Positions 1 through 9,627 of a DNA stretch of 22,782 bases are shown in pieces. Each line of letters begins with the position of its first letter. Within the stretch, counting starts at the first letter, position 1. Source of the stretch: a virus (Duplodnaviria > Heunggongvirae > Uroviricota > Caudoviricetes); IMG/VR virus record IMGVR_UViG_2778261160_000006, positions 1-22,782 of that record; one strand, given 5' to 3'. A program made the position numbers and the translations under genes. Below the pieces are notes generated by a model, which was not told the origin of the DNA, did no database searches, and saw only the letters and a program-made list of their open reading frames with translations.

Positions 1-87
1 TTATCTTCTGGTATTTAGCTATCCCTCATAAGTTAATTGCCGCTGAGATATCCTAAGCTCTAGCCTCTGAAAATACATTTATATTTC

Positions 88-120
88 GAAGCCCGCGATA
101 TTTTAAGCGGGCTTTTATTT
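88..120. terminator. GC-rich hairpin (AAGCCCGC / GCGGGCTT) followed by a T-rich tract, just outside the tfa stop
   Basis: Inverted repeat read directly at 88-113 with TTTATTTT following on the + strand; which gene it terminates is unclear because the window starts here. Confidence 0.35.
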
Positions 121-701
121 TAAACTTCTGGTATTACAGGCCACTCAATATCAGGTGCAGTTGATGTATCAACACGGTTCAGCAACACCCGATACTTCTT
201 CCAGGCTTCCAGCAACGAGTTTTCTTCCTCCGTTGCGATCTCCAGATCTACAGCATCCTGAAGTGGCGCAATATGCTCACTGGCTACCTGCATCAGGCTG
301 TTTTTTGTTTCTTCCGCCTCCCGGATCCGGAACAGTTTTTCTGCTTCTGCATCTTTCACCCAGGCTGTGCCGTTCCACTTCTGAAACTCCCCTTCCGGCG
401 ATAACCAAGTAACATTTTCCGGTAACGGACCGAGTTCAGAAATAAATAACGCGTCCCCTGACGCTACGTCATAAACCGTTTTACCCCGATGATCTTCAAC
501 GAGATGCCACGATGCCTCATCACTGTTGAAAACAGCCACGAAGCCTGCCGGAATATCTGGCGGTGCAATATCGGTACTGTTTGCTGGCAGACCTGTATGA
601 GGCGGAATATATGCATCACCTTCACCAATAAATTCATTAGTTCCGGCCAGCAGATTATAAATTTTTATGGTCCGTGGTTGTTCACTCATTCTGAATGCCA
701 T
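120..701 (-). CDS. tfa: Tail fibre assembly protein, lambda Tfa-like, 193 aa
   Basis: The translation [39 protein letters not shown]... is near-identical over its whole length to lambda Tfa as I remember it. Its ATG overlaps the stop of the upstream ORF (TAATG), as at the lambda stf-tfa junction. Confidence 0.9.
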   Translation of the reverse strand: MAFRMSEQPRTIKIYNLLAGTNEFIGEGDAYIPPHTGLPANSTDIAPPDIPAGFVAVFNSDEASWHLVEDHRGKTVYDVASGDALFISELGPLPENVTWLSPEGEFQKWNGTAWVKDAEAEKLFRIREAEETKNSLMQVASEHIAPLQDAVDLEIATEEENSLLEAWKKYRVLLNRVDTSTAPDIEWPVIPEV

Positions 702-2383
702 TATGCAAGCCTCACAATATAGTTAAATGCGATGTTTTTGACGGTGTTTTCCGCGTTACCAGCAGCGTTAACGGTGATGGTGTGTCCATGTGAACCAATC
801 GCAACGGAGTGCGTGTGTGCACCAATATCCGTACCGATTTCGGTAAGGTAAACCCCGTTTTTGTTTCGCTTACGTGGCATGCTGGCCACTGGCTTTCCGT
901 AGACGGATGCCCCTTTAATGGGGATCACCCGGAACAGCCCATGCTTTTTCGAGCGTTCATACACAATGGTCGGGTCAATCCCGCCAGTATCCCAGCAGAT
1001 ACGGGATACCGACATTTCTGCACCATTCCGGCGGGTATAGGTTTTATTGATGGCCTCATCCACACGCAGCAGCGTCTGTTCATCGTCGTGGCGGCCCATA
1101 ATAATCTGCCGGTCAATCAGCCAGCTTTCCTCACCCGGCCCCCATCCCCATACGCGCATTTCGTAGCGGTCCAGCTGGGAGTCGATACCGGCGGTCAGGT
1201 AAGCCACACGGTCAGGAACGGGCGCTGAATAATGCTCTTTCCGCTCCGCCATCACCTCAGCATCCGGACGTTCGCCAATTTTCGCTTCCCATGTCTCACC
1301 GAGCGTGGTGTTCACGAAGGTTTTACGTTTTCCCGTATCCCCTTTCGTCTTCATCCAGTCTTTGACAATCTGCACCCAGGTGGTGAACGGGCTGTACGCC
1401 GTCCAGATGTGAAAGGTCACACTGTCCGGCGGCTCAATCTCTTCACCGGATGACGAAAACCAGAGAATGCCATCACGGGTCCAGATCCCGGTCTTTTCGC
1501 AGATATAACGGGCATCAGTAAAGTCCAGCTCCTGCTGGCGGATGACGCAGGCATTATGCTCGCAGAGATAAAACACGCTGGAGGGGTCATCCGGCGTCCA
1601 TTTGAGGCCAAACGGCGTCTCTTTGTCGCCAAATTTAAGATACTGCTCCTCCCCGCAGTGCGGGCAGGCAACATGAAAACGCATAAAATGCGGGGATTCA
1701 CTGGCTGCACGCTCAATCTGGCAGGTGCCTCTCACTTTGGGCGTGGAGCCACGGATGGACTTTGGCCAGACCGAGCCTTCAATACGTTTGTCGCCAAGGA
1801 ACGTCGGAGAGCCTTCCTGTTCAATATCCTCATCAAAGGCAGCAAGTTCATCATAACCCGCCACATCCACCGACTTTTCACGGTAGTTTTTTGCCGCTTT
1901 ACCGCCCAGACACCAGAAGCCACGACCATTGGAAAAACGCTTCATGGTGAGCGTGTTATCCCGGTGCTTTTTGCCATACCACGGAGCCAGCGCCAGCAGC
2001 GACGGAATATCGCGGATGGTCGGCTCAACGTGGGTTTTCATAAAGTTCTCGGCATCACCATCCGTCGGCAACCAGATAAGGGTGTTGCGCTGCTTATGCT
2101 CTATAAAGTAGGCATAAACACCCAGCAGCATTTTGGAATAACCGACACGGGCAGACTTCACCACATTCACCTCACGGATGTAGTCGCTGCCCATCGCATT
2201 CATGATGGCCCGCTGAAAGGGCAGTGTTTCCCAGCGCCCTTCCTGGTATGCGGATTCTTTTGGGAGATAGTAATTGGCATCCGCCCATTCAACGGCGGTC
2301 TGTGGCTCCGGCCTGAACAGTGAGCGAAGCCCGGCGCGGACAAAATGCCGCAGCCTGTTAACCTGACTGTTCGATATATTCAC
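701..2383 (-). CDS. A: Terminase large subunit gpA, N-terminal ~519 aa, fused in frame to ~41 aa of a tail-fibre (Stf-like) C-terminus; a deletion derivative, probably non-functional
   Basis: The translation [14 protein letters not shown]...[10 protein letters not shown] matches lambda gpA almost residue for residue up to about aa 519. It then switches to [41 protein letters not shown], which resembles a side-tail-fibre C-terminus, so the C-terminal ~120 aa of gpA are missing. The 5' end overlaps the Nu1 3' end as in lambda. Confidence 0.85.
   Translation of the reverse strand: MNISNSQVNRLRHFVRAGLRSLFRPEPQTAVEWADANYYLPKESAYQEGRWETLPFQRAIMNAMGSDYIREVNVVKSARVGYSKMLLGVYAYFIEHKQRNTLIWLPTDGDAENFMKTHVEPTIRDIPSLLALAPWYGKKHRDNTLTMKRFSNGRGFWCLGGKAAKNYREKSVDVAGYDELAAFDEDIEQEGSPTFLGDKRIEGSVWPKSIRGSTPKVRGTCQIERAASESPHFMRFHVACPHCGEEQYLKFGDKETPFGLKWTPDDPSSVFYLCEHNACVIRQQELDFTDARYICEKTGIWTRDGILWFSSSGEEIEPPDSVTFHIWTAYSPFTTWVQIVKDWMKTKGDTGKRKTFVNTTLGETWEAKIGERPDAEVMAERKEHYSAPVPDRVAYLTAGIDSQLDRYEMRVWGWGPGEESWLIDRQIIMGRHDDEQTLLRVDEAINKTYTRRNGAEMSVSRICWDTGGIDPTIVYERSKKHGLFRVIPIKGASVYGKPVASMPRKRNKNGVYLTEIGTDIGAHTHSVAIGSHGHTITVNAAGNAENTVKNIAFNYIVRLA
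704..826 (-). pseudogene. Remnant 3' end of a side tail fibre (stf) gene, forming the C-terminal tail of the chimeric terminase ORF
   Basis: The last ~41 codons of the 560-aa ORF are unrelated to gpA and end in ...[18 protein letters not shown] directly upstream of tfa, the normal stf-tfa arrangement. The junction position is approximate. Confidence 0.5.
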
Positions 2384-2903
2384 TCAGCAACCCCGGTATC
2401 AGTTCATCCAGCGCGGCTGCTTTGTTCATGGCTTTGATGATATCCCGTTTCAGGAAATCAACATGTCGGTTTTCCAGTTCCGGAAAACGCCGCTGCACCG
2501 ACAGGGGGATCCCGTCGAGAATACTGGCAATTTCACCTGCGATCCGCGACAGCACGAAAGTACAGAATGCGGTTTCCACCACTTCAGCGGAGTCTCTGGC
2601 ATTTTTCAGCTCCTGTGCGTCGGCCTGCGCACGCGTAAGTCGATGGCGTTCGTACTCAATAGTCCCTGGCTGGAGATCTGTCTCGCTGGCCTGCCGCAGT
2701 TCTTCAACTTCCCGGCGCAGCTTTTCGTTCTCAATTTCAGCATCCCTTTCGGCATACCATTTTATGACGGCGGCAGAGTCATAAAGCACCTCATTACCCT
2801 TGCCACCGCCTCGCAGAACGGGCATTCCCTGTTCCTGCCAGTTCTGAATGGTACGGATACTCGCACCGAAAATGTCAGCCAGCTGCTTTTTGTTGACTTC
2901 CAT
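2358..2903 (-). CDS. nu1: Terminase small subunit Nu1, 181 aa
   Basis: The translation [30 protein letters not shown]... has the length and sequence of lambda Nu1. It sits directly next to cos and overlaps the gpA start. Confidence 0.93.
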   Translation of the reverse strand: MEVNKKQLADIFGASIRTIQNWQEQGMPVLRGGGKGNEVLYDSAAVIKWYAERDAEIENEKLRREVEELRQASETDLQPGTIEYERHRLTRAQADAQELKNARDSAEVVETAFCTFVLSRIAGEIASILDGIPLSVQRRFPELENRHVDFLKRDIIKAMNKAAALDELIPGLLSEYIEQSG

Positions 2904-3140
2904 TGTTCATTCCACGGACAAAAACAGAGAAAGGAAACGACAGAGGCCAAAAAGCTCGCTTTCAGCACCTGTCGTTTCCTTTCTTTTCAGAGGGTATTTT
3001 AAATAAAAACATTAAGTTATGACGAAGAAGAACGGAAACGCCTTAAACCGGAAAATTTTCATAAATAGCGAAAACCCGCGAGGTCGCCGCCCCGTAACCT
3101 GTCGGATCGCCGGAAAGGACCCGCAAAATGATAATAATTA
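2904..3140 (-). other. cos: cos region: cosN cohesive-end sequence (complement of GGGCGGCGACCT at 3081-3092), with cosB between cosN and the Nu1 start and cosQ-side sequence at 3093-3140
   Basis: The reverse complement of 3061-3140 reads ...CATTTTGCGGGTCCTTTCCGGCGATCCGACAGGTTACGGGGCGGCGACCTCGCGGGTTTTCGCTATTTAT, which I recognise as the lambda right-end/left-end join. Confidence 0.85.
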
Positions 3141-3291
3141 TCATCTACATGTCACAACGTGCATCTACGCCATCAAACCACGTCAAATAATCAATTATGA
3201 CGCAGGTATCGTATTAATTGATCTGCATCAACTTAACGTAAAAACAACTTCAGACAATACAAATCAGCGACACTGAATACGGGGCAACCTC

Positions 3292-3486
3292 ATGTCAACG
3301 AAGAACAGAACCCGCAGAACAACAACCCGCAACATCCGCTTTCCTAACCAAATGATTGAACAAATTAACATCGCTCTTGAGCAAAAAGGGTCTGGGAATT
3401 TCTCAGCCTGGGTCATTGAAGCCTGCCGTCGGAGACTAACGTCAGAAAAGAGAGCATATACATCAATCCAAAGTGATGATGGATGA
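3292..3486 (+). CDS. Hypothetical small basic protein, 64 aa; possibly a ribbon-helix-helix or YlcI-like protein
   Basis: ORF between cos and bor with an Arg/Thr-rich N-terminus (MSTKNRTRRTTTRNIRFPNQMIEQINIALEQKG...). The family assignment is a guess from its position in DLP12-like prophages. Confidence 0.3.
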   Translation: MSTKNRTRRTTTRNIRFPNQMIEQINIALEQKGSGNFSAWVIEACRRRLTSEKRAYTSIQSDDG

Positions 3487-3846
3487 ACATCCCGGTTTCT
3501 TCCACCATCGCACCGGAAAAGCGACTATGAGGGTAACCCTGCGTCTGTCAGCACAGTAAAACCCGGTGTGCATCATTTTTGATTATTCCCGCACACTCAC
3601 GCAGAAGGAATTCCCCGTCGGGCTACGGTCATGGTTAATGCGGGAATACGGCGACGATACAGCGCAGCTAAAAGGGTAATGGACAGATAGAGCGGTTTAT
3701 TTCATTCCACAGGATTCTGAGTGCCCCCCCTCCTCCAATAGGCTGAGCATCCACCTATATAGTTTTAATTTTCATCAATCCATTTAACTATCGTTTAATT
3801 GTTGTCACATAGGATTCTGCCGTTTTTAACAATGCAGGATAATAAG

Positions 3847-4140
3847 ATGAAAAAAATGTTGTTTTCTGCCGCTCTGGCAATGCTTATTACAGGATGTGCT
3901 CAACAGACGTTTACTGTTGGAAACAAACCGACAGCAGTAACACCAAAGGAAACCATCACCCATCACTTCTTCGTTTCGGGAATTGGACAGGAGAAAACTG
4001 TTGATGCAGCCAAAATTTGTGGCGGCGCAGAAAATGTTGTTAAAACAGAAACCCAGCAAACATTCGTAAATGGATTGCTCGGTTTTATTACTTTAGGCAT
4101 TTATACTCCGCTGGAAGCGCGTGTGTATTGCTCACAATAA
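3847..4140 (+). CDS. bor: Bor outer-membrane lipoprotein (serum resistance, Iss family), 97 aa
   Basis: From the internal Met, MKKMLFSAALAMLITGCAQQTFTV...YTPLEARVYCSQ matches lambda Bor, including the lipobox LITGC. It is oriented opposite to the lysis genes as in lambda. Confidence 0.9.
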   Translation: MKKMLFSAALAMLITGCAQQTFTVGNKPTAVTPKETITHHFFVSGIGQEKTVDAAKICGGAENVVKTETQQTFVNGLLGFITLGIYTPLEARVYCSQ

Positions 4141-4171
4141 TTGCATGAGTTGCCCATCGATATGGGCAGCT

Positions 4172-4633
4172 CTATCTGCACTGCTCATTAATATACTTCT
4201 GGGTTCCTTCCAGTTGTTTTTGCATAGTGATCAGCCTCTCTCTGAGGGTGAAATAATCCTGTTCAGCGGTGTCTGCCAGTCGGGGGGAGGCTGCATTATC
4301 CACGCCGGAGGCGGTGGTGGCTTCACGCACTGACTGACAGACTGCTTTGATGTGCAACCGACGACGACCAGCGGCAACATCATCACGCAGAGCATCATTT
4401 TCAGCTTTCGCATCAGCTAACTCCTTCGTGTATTTTGCATCGAGCGCAGCAACATCACGCTGACGCATCTGCATGTCAGTAATTGCCGCGTTCGCCAGCT
4501 TCAGTTCTTTGGCATTTTTGTCGCGCTGGGCTTTATAGGTAATGGCGTTATCACGGTAATGATTAACAGCCCATGACAGGCAGACGATGATGCAGATAAC
4601 CAGAGCGGAGATAATCGCGGTTACTCTGTTCAT
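4172..4633 (-). CDS. Rz: Spanin inner-membrane subunit Rz, 153 aa
   Basis: From [36 protein letters not shown]... the translation is near-identical to lambda Rz. Its start overlaps the endolysin stop. Confidence 0.9.
   Translation of the reverse strand: MNRVTAIISALVICIIVCLSWAVNHYRDNAITYKAQRDKNAKELKLANAAITDMQMRQRDVAALDAKYTKELADAKAENDALRDDVAAGRRRLHIKAVCQSVREATTASGVDNAASPRLADTAEQDYFTLRERLITMQKQLEGTQKYINEQCR
4231..4413 (-). CDS. Rz1: Spanin outer-membrane lipoprotein Rz1, embedded in the +1 frame of Rz, 60 aa
   Basis: [47 protein letters not shown]... matches lambda Rz1, including the lipobox and proline-rich tract, and lies wholly inside Rz. Confidence 0.85.
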   Translation of the reverse strand: MRKLKMMLCVMMLPLVVVGCTSKQSVSQCVKPPPPPAWIMQPPPDWQTPLNRIISPSERG

Positions 4634-5127
4634 TGCTGACCCCACAAACAGATTTCACGCTCAATCTCACGACGAGTCATGAGACCTTTCCATTGCTTAC
4701 CGCCAGCATATGTCCAGCGACGTAACTGATCACATGCGCCTTTGATATCGCCCTGGTTTATTTTGCGAAGAAGCGTCGATGTTCTGAAATTGCCAGCACC
4801 CACGTTGTAAACGAATGAGTAAAGAGCGCCGCGCGTTGTTTCCGGTATATCGACTTCGATGTATGGGTTAATTTGTCTGGCGACAGTGGCAAGGTCTTTA
4901 TTCAAGAGTGCTTTGCATTCTGCTTTGGTATACGTTTTACCGAGCATGATGTCTTTTCTTGTATGCCCGTGACATACGGTCCATACACCAACAATATCTT
5001 TGTATGGTATGTAGCTGACACCTTCCAGACCATCGTTACCACTTGGGCCAGTGATTAACACTGATGCTATAGCAATTGCTCCGCCACCAATAGCAGCAGC
5101 AACGGCTTTTCGTAATGATGGAGGCAT
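4630..5127 (-). CDS. R: Phage-21-type endolysin (T4-lysozyme-like muramidase) with an N-terminal SAR signal-anchor-release domain, 165 aa
   Basis: N-terminal weakly hydrophobic Gly/Ala-rich segment [20 protein letters not shown] followed by a lysozyme-like domain. It matches DLP12 RrrD / P21 R as I remember them, and sits between the holin and Rz. Confidence 0.9.
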   Translation of the reverse strand: MPPSLRKAVAAAIGGGAIAIASVLITGPSGNDGLEGVSYIPYKDIVGVWTVCHGHTRKDIMLGKTYTKAECKALLNKDLATVARQINPYIEVDIPETTRGALYSFVYNVGAGNFRTSTLLRKINQGDIKGACDQLRRWTYAGGKQWKGLMTRREIEREICLWGQQ

Positions 5128-5342
5128 TATTCACCTCTCGCAGCCTTGCGCTTATCTTCTTTAATCTTGAAATAAAGGTTTGTCAGGTACGTCAGCAGGC
5201 CAAATACCAGGCTACCCAGCACACCTATTGCTGCCCACTGTGAGGGCGTGACTTTATCGAGCAGCTGTAAAAACCAGTAACCGGCACTACCTGCTGAGGT
5301 GCCATAGGCGACACCCGTTGTTAACTTATCCATGGATTTCAT
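5127..5342 (-). CDS. S: Pinholin S21-type holin/antiholin with dual start (MKSMDK), 71 aa
   Basis: [71 protein letters not shown] has two TM segments and the Met1-Lys-Ser-Met4 dual-start motif of P21 S / DLP12 EssD. The ORF-track N-terminal extension is probably not translated. Confidence 0.88.
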
Positions 5343-5932
5343 AACCCCACCTCGCAGACAAAGCGGGTGTAAATTGAGGGAATACAACGTATCGCAAAAA
5401 AGCAGAAACGTAACAGACTCGGAGTCAGTGAATAACTCAGGTATTGAGTTATCAGCTAATATCGAGACTCAAAAAATGGAAAAACCAGCTCGACGGCGGG
5501 TTTAAGCTGTGTGACGAAGTAACCACTCTTAACAGCATAACCAATTTTTTACGTACGTAAACCACTGAATGATATTTATGAGAATGCTACCGAGTGTTCA
5601 AAACACCACCACAAATACATAAGAAAACCTCAACAAATAACCAATAAATAATTTCCGGCGTTATTTTTAGTTAATTTAAATTAAACCATCGAATTATAGC
5701 CCCCCCCCATAAATAACAGCCATTAATATAAATTAGCTAATAGGTTTATTTTTGTTCAAATAAGAGCCATAAATAGGTTTCGATAGAAAAAGTTCAGATA
5801 AAAATAGAGATCTACTTCACAAATTAAATGAGAAACTAAAACTTACATCTTGAAATAATCACATTGATTAGATGAATATTTATCGCGCAGTGACATCATT
5901 TTTTAATAATAGTTCAAAAAAAAGGGCTCACG

Positions 5933-7015
5933 ATGAAAAAATTAACAGTGGCAATTTCTGCTGTAGCTGCATCAGTACTGATGGCGATGTCTGCTCAGGC
6001 AGCTGAAATTTATAATAAAGACAGTAACAAGCTGGATCTGTACGGGAAAGTTAATGCTAAGCACTACTTCTCCTCTAATGATGCAGATGATGGTGATACT
6101 ACTTATGCCCGTCTTGGCTTCAAAGGTGAAACCCAAATCAACGATCAACTGACTGGTTTCGGTCAGTGGGAATATGAATTCAAAGGCAACCGCGCTGAAT
6201 CTCAAGGTTCCTCCAAAGATAAAACCCGTCTTGCCTTCGCTGGCCTGAAATTCGGTGACTACGGCTCCATCGATTACGGCCGTAACTACGGTGTAGCATA
6301 CGACATCGGTGCGTGGACTGACGTCCTGCCAGAATTCGGTGGTGACACTTGGACTCAAACAGATGTGTTCATGACTGGTCGCACCACTGGTGTTGCAACT
6401 TATCGTAACAACGACTTCTTTGGTCTGGTTGATGGTCTGAACTTTGCTGCTCAGTATCAGGGTAAAAATGACCGCACTGACGTAACTGAAGCTAATGGTG
6501 ATGGTTTCGGTTTCTCCACTACTTATGAGTATGAAGGATTCGGTGTAGGTGCAACCTATGCTAAATCTGATCGCACTAATAATCAGGTTATCTACGGTAA
6601 CAACGGTCTGAATGCTTCTGGTCAAAATGCTGAAGTATGGGCAGCTGGTCTGAAATATGATGCGAACAACATCTATCTGGCCACCACCTATTCTGAAACC
6701 CAGAACATGACTGTTTTTGGTAATAACCATATTGCCAACAAAGCACAAAACTTCGAAGCTGTTGCACAATATCAGTTCGACTTCGGCCTGCGTCCATCCG
6801 TTGCTTACCTGCATTCTAAAGGAAAAGACTTGGGTGTTTGGGGTGATCAGGACCTGGTTGAATATGTTGATGTAGGTGCAACCTATTACTTCAACAAAAA
6901 TATGTCCACTTTTGTTGACTACAAAATCAACCTGATTGATAAGAGCGATTTCACGAAAGCATCTGGCGTTGCTACCGATGATATCGTTGCTGTAGGTATG
7001 GTTTACCAGTTCTAA
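5933..7015 (+). CDS. nmpC: Outer-membrane general porin of the OmpC/OmpF/PhoE family (NmpC / OmpD-like), 360 aa, apparently intact
   Basis: Signal peptide [23 protein letters not shown], the AEIYNKD...LDLYGK porin N-terminus, a beta-barrel-type sequence and the C-terminal ...VGMVYQF motif. It is a moron between Q and the lysis genes, on the opposite strand. Confidence 0.9.
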   Translation: MKKLTVAISAVAASVLMAMSAQAAEIYNKDSNKLDLYGKVNAKHYFSSNDADDGDTTYARLGFKGETQINDQLTGFGQWEYEFKGNRAESQGSSKDKTRLAFAGLKFGDYGSIDYGRNYGVAYDIGAWTDVLPEFGGDTWTQTDVFMTGRTTGVATYRNNDFFGLVDGLNFAAQYQGKNDRTDVTEANGDGFGFSTTYEYEGFGVGATYAKSDRTNNQVIYGNNGLNASGQNAEVWAAGLKYDANNIYLATTYSETQNMTVFGNNHIANKAQNFEAVAQYQFDFGLRPSVAYLHSKGKDLGVWGDQDLVEYVDVGATYYFNKNMSTFVDYKINLIDKSDFTKASGVATDDIVAVGMVYQF

Positions 7016-7151
7016 TTTGATTACTAAAAGATATGTTGTGGGAGGCTTTGCCTCCCCAACATATAAGTGGCTCCCTCAAGCCACTTCCTTTAGAAGCACA
7101 ACCTTGCTTCTAACTATACAAACCTTCTGTTATATATTACCCTTTATTTTT

Positions 7152-7177
7152 GGGGGCGTTTCAACGCCCCATTTTTA
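7152..7177 (+). terminator. Rho-independent terminator downstream of nmpC (GGGGGCGTT..AACGCCCC followed by ATTTTT)
   Basis: Perfect GC-rich inverted repeat with a downstream T-run on the + strand; on the - strand the same hairpin is followed by A residues. Confidence 0.55.
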
Positions 7178-7203
7178 ATAACTTTTAGTAAATAATTGGC
7201 GTA

Positions 7204-7602
7204 TTAATTAGAGTTATTAACAACGATATCCATCTCTAACCGGATATCTAATGCCATTAACATCCCTTCAATTATGCCCTCAGCCTTTTGTAACCTTTTC
7301 CCGATATAACCATCAGAGCAGCAATGCTTACCTGCCAGTGACATGAATGTCATACCGACTACATAATAATCTACTAATAAATCGTGCAAATCGCTGTTGT
7401 TCTTTTTCAGACGGGCCATGCACCCGCAAATGATCATCGCGTCATCGTCACAACATTGCGGGCGAGATTTTACTTTTGAAGGAATTAATCCCTTAAAACC
7501 GGCGGCAATGGACGACCAGGTCACATCTTCATGATTATTAGCCGCCCACGCTCCCCAACGCTCAAGAACCATCTGAATATCACGCATCAACTTACTCCAC
7601 AA
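7204..7602 (-). CDS. Q: Late-gene antiterminator Q (phage 82 / DLP12 QuuD type)
   Basis: ...[62 protein letters not shown]... matches QuuD with a Cys-rich zinc-binding region. The true start may be the second Met (7587), giving 127 aa. Confidence 0.85.
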   Translation of the reverse strand: MWSKLMRDIQMVLERWGAWAANNHEDVTWSSIAAGFKGLIPSKVKSRPQCCDDDAMIICGCMARLKKNNSDLHDLLVDYYVVGMTFMSLAGKHCCSDGYIGKRLQKAEGIIEGMLMALDIRLEMDIVVNNSN

Positions 7603-7672
7603 AAATCAGACCAGAACGCCAATTACAAGCAAAAATCAACAAAACAGTATTAGTTGATTGTTATCTCTGACT

Positions 7673-7801
7673 TCATACTCCTGCTCCTGCTCCTGTCAGG
7701 GTTTTGGCGTAATTCTTCAGTATTCGGTAATCGGTCAAAACAGAACCGGGGAAACGATATAAGCGCAGACGCCCCCAGCGGTGGCGAAGAAGTTCTGCCA
7801 T
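7673..7801 (-). CDS. ylcG: Small nin-region protein, YlcG-like, 42 aa, ending in a Gly-Ala repeat
   Basis: Hand-translated ORF MAELLRHRWGRLRLYRFPGSVLTDYRILKNYAKTLTGAGAGV between rusA and Q. It is below the 60-aa ORF-track threshold, and the identification is by position and size only. Confidence 0.4.
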   Translation of the reverse strand: MAELLRHRWGRLRLYRFPGSVLTDYRILKNYAKTLTGAGAGV

Positions 7802-7815
7802 ATTAAACTCAAACA

Positions 7816-8178
7816 TCATTCATTCCCCATTTCGGTGATGGTCAGTTCCAGCCTCCCACCTTTGGTAACAGGCATCTTCACAACGCGGTAATCAACGACC
7901 TGAGCATCATCCAGCCAGAAACCTGCTTTAGTGAGTGCGTCAAAAGCGGCTTTTTGCAGATTATCCAGGTCACGGCGACGGCGATCCGGCATGTGGCACT
8001 CAATGCGGATTTTCACAGGCATAGCCAGGCCGATATCCAGCATTGCGTTTTTAATGATTCGGGCGACGTTATCGCGGTATGCCTGCCCCTCTGCGCTGAC
8101 GTGCGTGCGCCCGCGATTATGGCGGTAATAGCGATTATTGCTCGGAGGCCAGGGTAATGTGATACTGTAGGTATTCAC
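7816..8178 (-). CDS. rusA: RusA Holliday-junction resolvase, 120 aa
   Basis: [46 protein letters not shown]... matches DLP12 RusA at its characteristic nin-region position. Confidence 0.9.
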   Translation of the reverse strand: MNTYSITLPWPPSNNRYYRHNRGRTHVSAEGQAYRDNVARIIKNAMLDIGLAMPVKIRIECHMPDRRRRDLDNLQKAAFDALTKAGFWLDDAQVVDYRVVKMPVTKGGRLELTITEMGNE

Positions 8179-8465
8179 GCCTTAATAACCCCCTCTTTCA
8201 GCCAGATAACCTGTGTTCTCGCCATACCTTCCAGCGCGCATTCTTTTGCATATGCAGCATCGACAAAATGTGTGCGGCGGTCGATTTCGTCGTGGCAGGC
8301 AGAACATGCAATGGTGGCAATCAGGTCTGGCGGTTTGATACCGGTACCGCACAATCCAGCCAGCCAGATATGTGCCAGTACAGACGTTTCAGAATTGCCA
8401 TTACATACGCCAGGGATTCTTACCTGGCATTCCCGACCACGCGCTGCTTTTCTCAAATCAGCCAT
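8175..8465 (-). CDS. ybcO: YbcO-like nin-region protein (DUF1364, putative nuclease), 96 aa from MADLRK
   Basis: [38 protein letters not shown]... with conserved Cys/His residues. Its start overlaps the ninE stop (ATGGCTGA). Confidence 0.7.
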   Translation of the reverse strand: MADLRKAARGRECQVRIPGVCNGNSETSVLAHIWLAGLCGTGIKPPDLIATIACSACHDEIDRRTHFVDAAYAKECALEGMARTQVIWLKEGVIKA

Positions 8466-8628
8466 GATTCCTCCTTGCTGCCAGTCGCAACCATTTTTTA
8501 TCAACCAGGCTAGCGGTATATCCGAGCAGTGTTGGTATTTCGGATGGCTTCAGCTCAGGCTTACGCTTACGACGATTTGATACTCTGTAGATGTGTCCGT
8601 TCATGACACGAATAAGCGGTGTAGCCAT
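8458..8628 (-). CDS. ninE: NinE-like small protein, 56 aa
   Basis: Hand-translated [59 protein letters not shown], coupled at both ends to ybcN and ybcO by overlapping stop/start codons. Confidence 0.5.
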   Translation of the reverse strand: MATPLIRVMNGHIYRVSNRRKRKPELKPSEIPTLLGYTASLVDKKWLRLAARRNHG

Positions 8629-9083
8629 TACGCCTCCTGCTTGTCACGGAGCAGCTGGAACTCGCAGCTCTGCGGAATAGTCAGGTGGCAGCCAATATTC
8701 ACCGCCCAGGCTTCAACCTTACACAGGAAGACATACATCTCTCCGGTATCAAGATCGGAGGTATGGCGTAACGACTGGATAGTGGTGATATCACCGGTTA
8801 CGACATCAACCAGGTCTTTGGTTTCATAACCGAGATATGTGTGTTTGAGAGCATCTTTTACCCAAGCTGGAGTGGCGAACGTTTTACCCCTGTTGATGAG
8901 GTATTCACTGATTTCGCTGTACCACATGTGGCTGAGTGCATTCTGGGAAAGACTGCGTTTCTCACGCCACGGTTTAAGCACCATGCGAAAGCATTTGCCC
9001 TCCTCCAGATAAGGCTGGATCTGCCGACCGATAGCGGTGAAGTTACCGCGATGTAATTTGATGCCATCTTGTGGGAGATTCAC
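8628..9083 (-). CDS. ybcN: YbcN-like nin-region protein, 151 aa, GTG start
   Basis: [55 protein letters not shown]... matches DLP12 YbcN by length and position; the start codon is GTG. Confidence 0.7.
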   Translation of the reverse strand: MNLPQDGIKLHRGNFTAIGRQIQPYLEEGKCFRMVLKPWREKRSLSQNALSHMWYSEISEYLINRGKTFATPAWVKDALKHTYLGYETKDLVDVVTGDITTIQSLRHTSDLDTGEMYVFLCKVEAWAVNIGCHLTIPQSCEFQLLRDKQEA

Positions 9084-9181
9084 GCTTCACCTCCGCAGAG
9101 GTCAAACGCTGGATACAATATATCGCAGGTGCATTTCTGCATCTGTGGAGGGAGAAGAGAGTTTGGATTGTGTGTGCGCAT
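9080..9181 (-). CDS. YlcH-like micro-ORF, 33 aa
   Basis: Hand-translated [36 protein letters not shown] whose stop overlaps the ybcN GTG start (GTGA). Size and position match ylcH of K-12 DLP12; the sequence itself is not verified. Confidence 0.35.
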   Translation of the reverse strand: MRTHNPNSLLPPQMQKCTCDILYPAFDLCGGEA

Positions 9182-9270
9182 AAACGTCCCCGTTTAGCGC
9201 AGAAGTCACCGGAGTTGTTCAGGCTCCGATGACATGATTATGGCGAGTTGATTATCGCAAATCAAAGGTT

Positions 9271-9627
9271 TTAATTGTGCTTTATTCCTTCAAGCGTTGC
9301 CTTCATACCAACCAAAGAAATGTTTAGCTCTCCAACTTTCTCAGGGCTATATAATTCAGAATGAAGCCAATATTCTGATTTATCTAAACATCTTTTAGCC
9401 AGCTCTCGATCAAAGTCTACGACTTGGGAAGACGCTTCATACCAAAGCCTATAAAGTTTTTCTTCTTCGTTTGGGTTATTAGGCTCACCACGTTTTAATT
9501 TTTCAGTATATAAAATTGTTGAACAAATCGCAGGAGTTAATCCAGTGATTGCCCTCTGCCGCAGATCGGATTTGTTTGTTATCCACCCCAACAGACGATC
9601 TCCCATCCATGTGATAATTGTATCCAT
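9271..9627 (-). CDS. Hypothetical protein, 118 aa, AT-rich cargo gene of unknown function
   Basis: Clean ORF MDTIITWMGDRLLGWITNKSDLRQRAITGL... with low GC relative to the phage backbone; I recognise no family. It occupies the slot where K-12 DLP12 carries ybcL/ybcM. Confidence 0.5.
   Translation of the reverse strand: MDTIITWMGDRLLGWITNKSDLRQRAITGLTPAICSTILYTEKLKRGEPNNPNEEEKLYRLWYEASSQVVDFDRELAKRCLDKSEYWLHSELYSPEKVGELNISLVGMKATLEGIKHN

Noticed and set aside
1556-2323. 255-aa ORF on the + strand inside the terminase gene
   Set aside because: Antisense shadow ORF of the gpA-homologous reading frame, with no independent support.
3019-3276. 85-aa ORF on the + strand spanning cosN
   Set aside because: It overlaps the cos site and cosQ-side sequence, which is non-coding in lambda, and has no start context; probably spurious.
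5972-6814. 280-aa ORF on the - strand inside nmpC
   Set aside because: It is antisense to a confidently identified porin gene, its translation is low-complexity and Ile/Val/Thr-rich, and an open frame opposite a real gene is expected by chance.
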